From Candidatus Naiadarchaeum limnaeum (GTDB lineage Archaea > Undinarchaeota > Undinarchaeia > Undinarchaeales > Naiadarchaeaceae), in the NCBI GenBank assembly GCA_014189685.1, contig DVAB01000017.1:1-40748 (forward strand): a stretch of DNA of 40,748 bases, read 5' to 3'. The translations under genes were made by a program, and so were the position numbers. How positions within the stretch are numbered: position 1 is the first letter of the stretch; each line of letters starts with the position of its first letter. Below are positions 1 through 8,009 of the stretch, one piece after another. A model generated the notes under the pieces. That model searched no databases and was not told the origin of the DNA. It saw only the letters and a list, made by a program, of their open reading frames with translations.

Positions 1-411
1 AGGTCCCCCAGACTCTTTTATAATCTGCTCTGCCTTTAGCTTAGAGCCCCCATACATGCCTTTGGGATTGAGAACAACATCATATGTACTGATGTAAATA
101 ATTTTTTGTACAGAATTAGTTTTTGCTGCGTTTACTATATTTTGAGTTCCATAGACATTGACTTTTTCAAAGTCTTCTTTTTTTGTACTATTTATAACAG
201 CAGCAGCATGGACTATAATGTCTATTCCCTCCGTAGCATGGACCAAAGAACTGCTATCTAAAAGATCTCCTAAAACATTGATAACTCCTTTACTAAAATA
301 ATAGGTTGGAACCTTTCTAACTAGCGCCTTTATATTATGACCCTGGGCGACTAAGCTTTTGGTTAAGTGTTTTCCAAGAAAGCCGCTAGCACCAGTAACT
401 AGGAATGCCAT
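1..411 (-). CDS. NAD-dependent epimerase/dehydratase family protein (N-terminal 137 aa; C-terminus lies beyond the window edge)
   Basis: Not in the ORF track because it runs off the window. Reverse translation from ATG (411-409) reads MAFLVTGASGFLGKHLTKSLVAQGHNIKALVRK..., the GxxGxxG Rossmann start of extended-SDR epimerases. The frame is open to position 1. Its ATG overlaps the TGA of the upstream gene (ATGA). Confidence 0.8.
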   Translation of the reverse strand, partial: MAFLVTGASGFLGKHLTKSLVAQGHNIKALVRKVPTYYFSKGVINVLGDLLDSSSLVHATEGIDIIVHAAAVINSTKKEDFEKVNVYGTQNIVNAAKTNSVQKIIYISTYDVVLNPKGMYGGSKLKAEQIIKESGGP

Positions 412-1715
412 CATGATGACCAAAATAAGCGACGAAAATATGCCAAAATATAACGAGACCGCAAATAATATTGGGTAAACATTTTATCGTTATAGTGTTC
501 AATTTCATACTTGCTTAAATTTTTATGTTCGAAAACAGAGTGAAAAGAATCCCATTTATCAAGATTATCTTCAAAAATATTGTCTTTTAGATTTTCGTAA
601 AAAAGTGTGCCTGGGAACGGTGTTGCAACAGTAAAATTGGCAACTGGCGTGTTCAAGCGCTTAGCATATTTAAGTGTTTGGGCAATTGTTTCGTGATTGT
701 CATCAGGAAGTCCTATAATATAAAAGGCACATACTTTAATGTGTTTTTTATCACAATAGCTAATAATTTCCTCCTGATGTTTAATCGCAATTGGGATTCT
801 GTTAGCTAGCTTAATAATTTCTTCATTAGCAGACTCTATTCCAACTTTGATAGTTCTCATGCCTGCCTCATAAAATAAGTCAATAGTTTCTTTGTCGAGG
901 TGGTCCAATCTGGTTTCACACATCCATGGGATTTTTAATCCTCGTTTAATGATCTCTTCCGCAATAGCTTTTGCATTCTTTTTATGACCAGTGAATAGTG
1001 GGTCCCTGAACGTAATCGCCTTGGCATCATAGTTTTTTATTAAATACTCAATTTCGTCCACAACTTTTTGAGGCGATCTAATGCTATGCTTGTCGCCAAT
1101 GACCAAATAAGGGCAATAATTACAATGGTAAAAGCAGCCACGACTTCCCTGAACAAAAAGAGTTGGCCTTCCTTCAAGCAAGATAGAATTGCCAAACTTG
1201 TGATAATCGAAAAGGTCCCATGCAGGGTAGGGTAATTCGTCTAAAACCACTGGCCTTATTTGCACTTGGCCTTCTGGGATGTTGCCAGTTTTAGCTATGT
1301 CTATTAAAATACTTTCAGGATCACCTAGGGCAATAAAGTCCACATATGGCTCAAAGAGATGGGGCATTGCTTTAGGAAAAGGGCCCATAACGCCGATTTT
1401 AGCCTTGGTTTCCTTGCGAATGCGCCTAATGTACTGAATTTCATTGCTATAGTCTGCCATTGATGGCTGAATTAGATATAGATCGGCATCTATAATTTCA
1501 TTAGTTATTGCTTTAACTTCGTGGCCCTCCTTTCTGAATATGGCACCAGCATAGGCATAGGAGATTAAGGGCCAGATTTCGTTTCTTTTTCTGATACTTC
1601 TAAATATTTTTGAGAAAATAGAATTCCCTGTAGTAAAACCACCGCCAAAACCACCCGCATAGTCTTTATTCAAGACTAAATTTGGATTTTCTAATGTTAG
1701 TAGAGCAACTTTCAT
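411..1715 (-). CDS. B12-binding-domain radical SAM protein
   Basis: CxxxCxxC cluster motif in GCFYHCNYCPY, preceded by a Rossmann-like N-terminal domain (MKVALLTLENP...). I chose Met-49 of the tracked ORF (ATG at 1715); the 48 upstream codons look non-coding and overlap the divergent promoter. Confidence 0.85.
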   Translation of the reverse strand: MKVALLTLENPNLVLNKDYAGGFGGGFTTGNSIFSKIFRSIRKRNEIWPLISYAYAGAIFRKEGHEVKAITNEIIDADLYLIQPSMADYSNEIQYIRRIRKETKAKIGVMGPFPKAMPHLFEPYVDFIALGDPESILIDIAKTGNIPEGQVQIRPVVLDELPYPAWDLFDYHKFGNSILLEGRPTLFVQGSRGCFYHCNYCPYLVIGDKHSIRSPQKVVDEIEYLIKNYDAKAITFRDPLFTGHKKNAKAIAEEIIKRGLKIPWMCETRLDHLDKETIDLFYEAGMRTIKVGIESANEEIIKLANRIPIAIKHQEEIISYCDKKHIKVCAFYIIGLPDDNHETIAQTLKYAKRLNTPVANFTVATPFPGTLFYENLKDNIFEDNLDKWDSFHSVFEHKNLSKYEIEHYNDKMFTQYYLRSRYILAYFRRLFWSS

Positions 1716-1846
1716 GACTGTTCTGTATAATACTAACCCCCCTATATAAATTTCTATATAAAGGTTGTGATTAAAAAGTGTAGCACATGTAAATCTTTTT
1801 AAATGAGTTAAGCATAAAGAACCAAAGTGGAAAATAGTGAGGTAAG

Positions 1847-2335
1847 ATGCTAACTCCAAAACAAATTGGTATAATTAATTTCGGATTGAGTATTTTGCTT
1901 GCAGTGATAGTCATTTCAAGCTATTTTACGATTCAGGATTTAGTTAGAAAGGAAGGCGGCGAATGCCCGCTTGGAAAAGAGTGCCCTGTTCATGAGGCTT
2001 TTCCAATTCAAACAATTATTGGTTTACTAGTTGTTTCAGCTCTTGCAATTACGGGATTAATGCTAATTGTGCAGCCTGAAACAAAATTCAGAATTCCACA
2101 ATTTGGAGAAAGAAGAAAATCTGAATTCGATATAATGCTATCTGCGCTTAGCAGTGATGAACAGAAAGTCCTAAGGATTTTAAAAGAGCAACCTGGAACT
2201 CCGCAAAATACTCTCCGCCTGAAAACCGATTTCTCAAAATCAAAGTTAAGCATGCTATTGAAAGATTTGGAAACGCGAGGATTGGTAAAGAAAGAGGCAG
2301 AGGGGAAGACTTTTAGAGTTTATTTGAAAAAGTAA
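1847..2335 (+). CDS. Membrane-anchored winged-helix (MarR/TrmB-like) transcriptional regulator
   Basis: Two N-terminal hydrophobic helices flank a loop with a Cys pair (GGECPLGKECPVHE). The C-terminus is wHTH-like (EQKVLRILKEQPGTPQNTLRLKTDFSKSKLSMLLKDLETRGLVKK). GAGGT lies 4 nt upstream of the ATG. Confidence 0.65.
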   Translation: MLTPKQIGIINFGLSILLAVIVISSYFTIQDLVRKEGGECPLGKECPVHEAFPIQTIIGLLVVSALAITGLMLIVQPETKFRIPQFGERRKSEFDIMLSALSSDEQKVLRILKEQPGTPQNTLRLKTDFSKSKLSMLLKDLETRGLVKKEAEGKTFRVYLKK

Positions 2336-2447
2336 TTTAAAATCGATTTGAACGATTTTGAACAATAATTAGACGATTTAGCTGATTTTAAGCTTTTTTG
2401 GAGGACTGTTTAGACCTTAACATATATCGCATTACTATTTCATAGAT

Positions 2448-2969
2448 TTGCACATGGAAGGAGAAAAGAAAAGCAATTATGCTGTAATTGCAGTCGCGAT
2501 TGTTTTTGTAATAGGATTGGCAGTTTATACACAGTACAGGATCAGCGCCACAAACACAGAGCTCGATAGAGTTGCAATAACAATGGCAACAGCAGCGCAA
2601 AGTGGAACTCAGCAAGCAGAGCCTCGGGGAATAAGCCAGCAGATGGAGATAAACTACAATACAGATGGATACAACACTTTGCTCAAATATTACAAATCTA
2701 TAAATCTAGATGCAGAGCAGAGCAAAAAAGTTGCAGGCTTAGATGTTGAGCTTCCTTGTTGCGGATTCCAGAAAATTGTAACAAAGACTGATGGAACTGC
2801 TGATTTTCCTGGAAGCTGTCATTGCGGCCACCACGATGCAATGTACGGATTGGCAAAGTACATGGTGCAAAAGGGATACAGCAGAGAGGAAATGCAAAAG
2901 GAGCTCGATGTTTGGAAAGAGGTTTTCTTCCCAACACAGGGCGGAGGCAACTTAGGAGGCTGCGCATAA
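2448..2969 (+). CDS. Exported/membrane-anchored Cys-rich protein, PCC...CHCGHH domain, GGC C-terminal tail (P1)
   Basis: Single N-terminal TM (YAVIAVAIVFVIGLAVY). The C-terminal ~80 aa align by eye with the protein at 7043-7996 (INLDAEQSKKV..LPCC..FPGSCHCGHHDAMYGLAKYMVQKG...W..FFP). Ends GGGNLGGCA. TATA-like aacatatat about 25 nt upstream. Confidence 0.7.
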   Translation: MHMEGEKKSNYAVIAVAIVFVIGLAVYTQYRISATNTELDRVAITMATAAQSGTQQAEPRGISQQMEINYNTDGYNTLLKYYKSINLDAEQSKKVAGLDVELPCCGFQKIVTKTDGTADFPGSCHCGHHDAMYGLAKYMVQKGYSREEMQKELDVWKEVFFPTQGGGNLGGCA

Positions 2970-2971
2970 TA

Positions 2972-3208
2972 ATGAAAAAAAGCGAATTTGTTTTGGTTGT
3001 GCTTGTAATTCTGCTGTTAGCAGTAACAGTGGTGCAGGCATATCAAATCACAAGCCTAAATTCAAAAGCAACTGCGCTTGCTACCGGCAACTTCAAAGTA
3101 GGTGGGGGGGCAGAATTCTCATCATATGATGAGATGATGGCTGAACACCACGGCGGCGAAGCACAAGCACCAACAGCACCTGCACAGGGAATTGGTGGAT
3201 GCGGCTAG
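2972..3208 (+). CDS. Small exported Met/His-motif protein with GGCG C-terminus (78 aa)
   Basis: Internal Met-51 of tracked ORF 2822-3208. AGGAGG at 2954-2959 lies 12 nt upstream of ATG 2972. Signal-anchor MKKSEFVLVVLVILLLAVTVVQA, a DEMMAEHHGGE motif, and an ending of GIGGCG. The start is 2 nt after the P1 stop. Confidence 0.6.
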   Translation: MKKSEFVLVVLVILLLAVTVVQAYQITSLNSKATALATGNFKVGGGAEFSSYDEMMAEHHGGEAQAPTAPAQGIGGCG

Positions 3209-3214
3209 AAACAG

Positions 3215-3793
3215 ATGAGCAAAGTAATATCAGATACAAAAATTTGCTTAGCCGCGCTACTTATTTTGGCTATCCTAATTGGGGGAAATTTCTTTATAAA
3301 AGGATTTTCTTCTCCCATAAATTTCAATAACGCAGTTGGAAAAGCAGCCCCTGAATTTAGTTTAGAAGATATTAATGCCAAAACAATAAAACTTAGTGAC
3401 TTGCGTGGAAAAAATGTTATCTTATTTTTCAATGAGGGCGCAATGTGCTATCCCTCTTGCTGGAATCAAATGCTTGAGCTGGCAAAAGATAGCAGGCTTA
3501 ACAATGAGAAAACAGCTTCTTTTTCAATTGTCATTGATACAAAGGAAGAGTGGGAAAGAATAACTAAGCAAATGCCAGAATTTTCTCAGACAAAGATCCT
3601 TTTTGATACGACAAAAAAAGTATCAACTGACTATGGAGTTCTTACGCTGCCTTCTTCAATGCATGTGGGCTCAATGCCTGGACATAGCTATGTCATTATC
3701 GACAAAAACGGAATACTCAGATATGTTTTTGATGATCCTAATATGGGGATAAGAAACGATATGCTATCCGCTGAAGTTACAAAGCTAATATAA
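3215..3793 (+). CDS. Thioredoxin-fold protein (AhpC/TSA-redoxin/TlpA-like), membrane-anchored
   Basis: N-terminal TM, then a redoxin pattern (APEFSLEDINAKTIKLSDLRGKNVILFFNEGAMCYPSCWNQ) with a CxxC (CYPSC). Sits directly upstream of a CcdA-like gene. Confidence 0.8.
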   Translation: MSKVISDTKICLAALLILAILIGGNFFIKGFSSPINFNNAVGKAAPEFSLEDINAKTIKLSDLRGKNVILFFNEGAMCYPSCWNQMLELAKDSRLNNEKTASFSIVIDTKEEWERITKQMPEFSQTKILFDTTKKVSTDYGVLTLPSSMHVGSMPGHSYVIIDKNGILRYVFDDPNMGIRNDMLSAEVTKLI

Positions 3794-3803
3794 GTTATAG
3801 GAA

Positions 3804-4676
3804 ATGGAACTACTGATTGGAACATCGCTCATAAGCGCTTTCATCGCGGGAATAGCTTCGCTTTTTGCGCCCTGCTGCATAACTGTTTTGTTGCCAACTT
3901 ATCTTGCATCAGTATTTAGAGAGCGAAAAACAGTTTTCTTAATGACTTTTATCTTTTTGCTTGGATTGCTTGCAGTTTTCCTTCCTCTTGGGCTTGGATT
4001 CGCAGGATTGGGGCAGCTATTTTCACAATACCATAATCTCATTTTTGCCATAGGAAGTTTATTCCTCGTATCCCTTGGAATTTCTTTACTAGTTGGAAAG
4101 CATTTTTCGCTTCCATTTTCTATGCAGGTTAATATGCCAACTCAAAGCACAACTTCGGTATTTGGCTTGGGGATATTTTCAGGATTTGCAACACTCTGCT
4201 GCGCGCCTGTTTTAGCAGGTGTGCTGGCACTCTCAATACTGCCTGGCTCAATATTTTGGGGTGGAATGTACTCATTGGCATATGTAATTGGAATGACACT
4301 GCCGCTTTTCTTTTTGGCATCTTTTTTGGATAAAACAAAAATAATGAGCAAACTTGGAATCTTGAAAAAGAGATTTTCGTATATGATTGCGGGGAATAAA
4401 ATAAATCTTTCAGTGGCAGATATGATTGCAGGCATTACTTTCCTTACAATGGGGGCAATCATTTTCTATCTTGCCCAAACAAACCAACTTATTTCGCATT
4501 CCTCAACACAGCTCTCAATCAATATATTCATGGCTAAACTCAACATTGCAGTTGGAAGTTTTGCTGAAAGCATCCCACTATTTGTATGGGTTTTGATATT
4601 TGCGGCTATTCTCGGTGTTATTGTGAAAATAGCACTTCAAAAAATAAAACAAACAAGGGGCAAGAAAAAATGGTAA
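3804..4676 (+). CDS. ccdA: CcdA/DsbD-family transmembrane thiol-disulfide electron transporter
   Basis: Polytopic membrane protein with the two intramembrane Cys motifs typical of the family (FAPCCITVLLP and TLCCAPVLAG). Paired with a thioredoxin-fold gene. Confidence 0.75.
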   Translation: MELLIGTSLISAFIAGIASLFAPCCITVLLPTYLASVFRERKTVFLMTFIFLLGLLAVFLPLGLGFAGLGQLFSQYHNLIFAIGSLFLVSLGISLLVGKHFSLPFSMQVNMPTQSTTSVFGLGIFSGFATLCCAPVLAGVLALSILPGSIFWGGMYSLAYVIGMTLPLFFLASFLDKTKIMSKLGILKKRFSYMIAGNKINLSVADMIAGITFLTMGAIIFYLAQTNQLISHSSTQLSINIFMAKLNIAVGSFAESIPLFVWVLIFAAILGVIVKIALQKIKQTRGKKKW

Positions 4677-5176
4677 TCTGCATAGTTGCACTATTGGTAT
4701 TTGGAATAGCAGGGATTTTCAGCGCCACCCACAGGAAAATGTTTTATCAGGCGCTTCATTGCTTAAAGAGAAATATTATGCTGCGCCCCTGTGAAACAGG
4801 ATTTGACAGAAAATTAAAATATTCGATTGCGCGCCGAGTTTACAAATTCCCAAGATTGCATGATTTTGTTTACAGGCATTTTAATCTTTTTTCATGGCTT
4901 CTAGTCATTTTACTATTTGGAAGTTTATTCGTTAGCGCGCGCGGGCTTTATTATTTAGCCACTGAAAAAACCTGCGACCCCAATAATCCTGAGGGATGCC
5001 CATTGAGCAAAATAGCGGGCTATAATAAAACACAAGGCAATTGCGAAGTAAATATAGCTGCGGAGATAAAATCAAATCTATGTGAAGTCCCGCCCGGCTA
5101 TACCAACGAAAGCTGGTATGAGCACATGAGTCATCATCCAGATAGATATAAGGAATGTTTAAAAAATGAAACATAA
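4670..5176 (+). CDS. Hypothetical membrane protein with Cys-rich extracytoplasmic C-terminal domain
   Basis: Start taken at MVICIVALLVFG (ATG 4670, 7-nt overlap with the ccdA end). Two TM segments, then EKTCDPNNPEGCPLS...GNCEV...NLCEV...HMSHHPDRYKEC. No family recognised. Confidence 0.55.
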   Translation: MVICIVALLVFGIAGIFSATHRKMFYQALHCLKRNIMLRPCETGFDRKLKYSIARRVYKFPRLHDFVYRHFNLFSWLLVILLFGSLFVSARGLYYLATEKTCDPNNPEGCPLSKIAGYNKTQGNCEVNIAAEIKSNLCEVPPGYTNESWYEHMSHHPDRYKECLKNET

Positions 5177-5582
5177 GAAACAAGGAAAATTTACGAGCAT
5201 AGGAACAACTGCTTTTACAACCCTAGGAATCACTGCGCACAATTTCTGCCACTATTTATGTTTAGGCGTGGTGGCGCTTCTAAGTGTTGCCGGAGTAAGT
5301 GTAATTGGAATGCCTTTGATGTTCCTTGAAAGCTATGCAATTTATTTCTGGGCAATGGGACTGATTTTCTTAGCAGCTAGTTTCTATTTGCTCTATACAA
5401 GGCCGCTCTGCATTTCCAAAAACGCAATACTTGCAAATAGTGGGCTACTCATAATCGCAGTCCCGATAAAAGTAGGGAGTTTAAATTATGGATTTTGGGC
5501 AGGCGGGGGTTTGGTGGTTGCAACTGCCATATATTTATACTTAAAACCTAAATTCATAATTACAAGAGGAGGCAAAAAATGA
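5166..5582 (+). CDS. Hypothetical polytopic membrane protein with intramembrane CxxxC
   Basis: Four predicted hydrophobic helices. The first carries HNFCHYLCLGV. Overlaps both neighbours (11 nt and ATGA). Confidence 0.55.
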   Translation: MKHKKQGKFTSIGTTAFTTLGITAHNFCHYLCLGVVALLSVAGVSVIGMPLMFLESYAIYFWAMGLIFLAASFYLLYTRPLCISKNAILANSGLLIIAVPIKVGSLNYGFWAGGGLVVATAIYLYLKPKFIITRGGKK

Positions 5583-5830
5583 CAGTACAAAAACACGAGC
5601 TTGATACAAAAAGCCTTGCCATAACAGGAGGGATTATTGGATTTATTTCAGGAATTTTGGCAGCGATTATACACGGCGGAATTGGGGTTCAATCCTACAT
5701 GGGAATGGACAGAATGATGTGGGGGAGTCCGATGTTCGCAGGATGGGGGATTGTTTGGTTTACAATAATTGGCCTGTTTTATGGATGGCTTTTGGCAGTT
5801 GTGTATAATTATGTTGTAAAGAATTTCTAA
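5579..5830 (+). CDS. Small Gly-rich two-TM membrane protein
   Basis: 83 aa with helices GGIIGFISGILAAIIHGG and WGIVWFTIIGLFYGWLLAVVY. ATGA overlap with the upstream gene. Confidence 0.5.
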   Translation: MTVQKHELDTKSLAITGGIIGFISGILAAIIHGGIGVQSYMGMDRMMWGSPMFAGWGIVWFTIIGLFYGWLLAVVYNYVVKNF

Positions 5831-5844
5831 AAGGGGTGATAAGC

Positions 5845-6600
5845 ATGAAATTGAAAGGAAAAGTAGCAATTGTTACAGGCTCTACTCGTGGAATTGGAAA
5901 AGCAATTGCAATAAGGTTTGCAAAAGAGGGCGCTAGGGTTGTGGTAAACGGTGTTTCTGATATAAAAAAGTGCGATGATGTTGTAAAAGAAATTAAAAAG
6001 TTTAGCGGAGAAGCAATTTCTATTCTTGCCGATGTCTCAAAAAAGGCAGATGTTGAAAAGATGATTTCTGAAACAGTGAAAAAATTCGGCCGCATTGATA
6101 TAATAGTTAACAACGCAGGAATTCTTGATATGAGCGATTTCCTCAGTTTAACAGAGGAGCACTGGGACCGCATTTTAGCTGTTGATTTAAAAGGAACATT
6201 TCTTTGCATGCAAGCTGCAGCAAAACAAATGATAAAACAGGGGAAAAATGGAAAAATAGTGAACATTTCAAGCATTGCAGGATTTGTCGGATTTACAAGG
6301 CTTGCTCATTACTGCGCAGCTAAGGCAGGAGTTATTGAATTAACAAAAGAGGTTGCGATTGAACTTGCGCCGCACAAAATAAATGTAAATGCAATCGCCC
6401 CGGGAGCAATTGAAACTGATATGACAAAAGATATTCTTGCAGACCCGCAGGCACTTAAAGGATTCCTTGGATTAATACCACTCGGAAGAATTGGAAAGCC
6501 AGAAGATATTGCAAGCGCAGCTTTGTTTTTGGCAAGTGATGATGCGAATTATGTTACAGGTGCAACTTTAATAGTAGATGGGGGATGGACGATACAATAA
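5845..6600 (+). CDS. Short-chain dehydrogenase/reductase (FabG / glucose-1-dehydrogenase-like)
   Basis: TGSTRGIGKAIA cofactor motif, NNAG, and catalytic YCAAK. ATG 5845 is preferred over GTG 5836 because GGGGTG lies 6-12 nt upstream of it. Confidence 0.9.
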   Translation: MKLKGKVAIVTGSTRGIGKAIAIRFAKEGARVVVNGVSDIKKCDDVVKEIKKFSGEAISILADVSKKADVEKMISETVKKFGRIDIIVNNAGILDMSDFLSLTEEHWDRILAVDLKGTFLCMQAAAKQMIKQGKNGKIVNISSIAGFVGFTRLAHYCAAKAGVIELTKEVAIELAPHKINVNAIAPGAIETDMTKDILADPQALKGFLGLIPLGRIGKPEDIASAALFLASDDANYVTGATLIVDGGWTIQ

Positions 6601-6643
6601 GCGTTGTAGAAAGAATAAATAGTATGAATTAATAAAGCGTGCT

Positions 6644-6787
6644 ATGGCAACCGACCCAGTATGCAAAATGGAAGTTCCTGAAAAGGAAATGGATTCAATT
6701 AGAACAAAGTATGGCACAAAAATACTTTTCTTTTGCAGCGATTCGTGCAAGAAAAATTTTGAGAAAGACCCTTCGAAATACACTTAA
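6644..6787 (+). CDS. Stand-alone YHS/TRASH-domain metal-binding protein (47 aa)
   Basis: Below the ORF-track length cut-off and found by hand. Reads MATDPVCKMEVPEKEMDSIRTKYGTKILFFCSDSCKKNFEKDPSKYT, matching the YHS pattern DPVC-x-M-x-V ... Y-x-FCS-x-x-C-x-x-x-F. Confidence 0.75.
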   Translation: MATDPVCKMEVPEKEMDSIRTKYGTKILFFCSDSCKKNFEKDPSKYT

Positions 6788-6805
6788 ATTGAGAGGAGGT
6801 GAAAA

Positions 6806-6997
6806 ATGACTTTAAATGAAATCGCATTATTCCTGGCCGGTGGATTCACGTGGGATGTTGTATTGCATCTTGCACTTGCAGCTTCAAGAACTAAAGTAAA
6901 AATGTTCGGCATTACATTTACGGGGGGACACAATAAAACTCTGGCCATAACCAATGCAATTATAGCAGTATTGCTGCTGTGGTACGCGCTTGCCTAA
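6806..6997 (+). CDS. Small two-TM membrane protein
   Basis: 63 aa with two hydrophobic helices. GAGGAGGTGA lies just upstream of the ATG. Confidence 0.5.
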   Translation: MTLNEIALFLAGGFTWDVVLHLALAASRTKVKMFGITFTGGHNKTLAITNAIIAVLLLWYALA

Positions 6998-7042
6998 GAT
7001 AGGTATTTGAGTGGCCTTCTAACTATATTTAATTTTTAAAAA

Positions 7043-7996
7043 ATGGCTAAGCAAAAAAAAGGGCTAAAAACAAGCTCTAAATCTAAAAAGTATTTGGGAA
7101 TTGATAGAAAACGTCTCCTCATAGGCAGTGTGATTGTAATAGTTTCTATATTGAGCATGATTATCTTGGCACAGAAACAGCAAAACAAAGAAATTAAAAC
7201 TACTGAGAACGAAACTCTTGACTTTGCTGCTCTTGCAAATGAAGTTATTCCTCAGAATGGATTTGAAACAAATGCAAAATGGGGCTGTACAGGGAAAAAA
7301 CTTGTTGAAAGCGGTGCAATAAACCTTGAAAAATTTAAATTGCTCTATGAGAGAGGAGGCAGGCCGCTAACAGAGACGCAGTTAAGCATACTGACAAAAT
7401 GCACAGATGAAACCCTGAAAATAGACAACGGAAATGCTCATTTTATGCTAAATGTTCTCTGGGCACTTGGGCTTTCAAACAAAAATGCGCTTTTGGACAA
7501 AATAGCAAAAGAGGCTGATTTTGACATAGGAAATCTCGCAAGCACAGGAGGCTGGCCACTTGGAAATATCAGTGGCGGAGAATTGTGGGGAAAATACGAA
7601 ATTATAAAGTTAAATGCAGGGCAACAGAAAATTGTTGAAAAAGTTGCGCTAAATACATACCGGCCGTGCTGCAACAATCCAACAGCTTTTCCAGACTGCA
7701 ACCACGGAGCAGCTGCGCTTGGACTGATTGAGCTAATGGCATCGCAAGGGGCAACAGAAGATGATATTTTTGAGGCTTTGAAAATCTATAATGCATATTG
7801 GTTTCCGCAGCAGTACTATGAGAATGCAATTTATTTTAAACTTGCCGAGGGAAAAGAATGGAAGGACGTTGATCCGAAAGTTGTTTTAGGCTTTAATTAT
7901 TCAAGCGCCTCAGGATGGACGCAGGTTAGCAATTACTTACGAGCCCAAGGCATCTTTAAACAAGTAGAAGGGAGCGGAGGGCAGTGCGGGGTTTAA
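7043..7996 (+). CDS. Exported/membrane-anchored protein, PCC...DCNHG domain, GQCGV C-terminal tail (P2)
   Basis: Lys-rich N-terminus plus one TM (LLIGSVIVIVSILSMIIL). Its C-terminal region is paralogous to P1 (IKLNAGQQKIV..RPCCNNPTAFPDCNHGAAALGLIELMASQG...W.FP). Ends GSGGQCGV. Stops 13 nt before copA. Confidence 0.7.
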   Translation: MAKQKKGLKTSSKSKKYLGIDRKRLLIGSVIVIVSILSMIILAQKQQNKEIKTTENETLDFAALANEVIPQNGFETNAKWGCTGKKLVESGAINLEKFKLLYERGGRPLTETQLSILTKCTDETLKIDNGNAHFMLNVLWALGLSNKNALLDKIAKEADFDIGNLASTGGWPLGNISGGELWGKYEIIKLNAGQQKIVEKVALNTYRPCCNNPTAFPDCNHGAAALGLIELMASQGATEDDIFEALKIYNAYWFPQQYYENAIYFKLAEGKEWKDVDPKVVLGFNYSSASGWTQVSNYLRAQGIFKQVEGSGGQCGV

Positions 7997-8009
7997 GCGT
8001 TTCATAGAT

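Noticed and set aside
2822-2971. A 50-codon N-terminal extension of the small GGCG protein (tracked ORF 2822-3208).
   Set aside because: The extension overlaps the well-supported P1 coding frame, is Arg-rich junk (MRPPRCNVRIGK...), and the internal ATG 2972 has an AGGAGG at ideal spacing.
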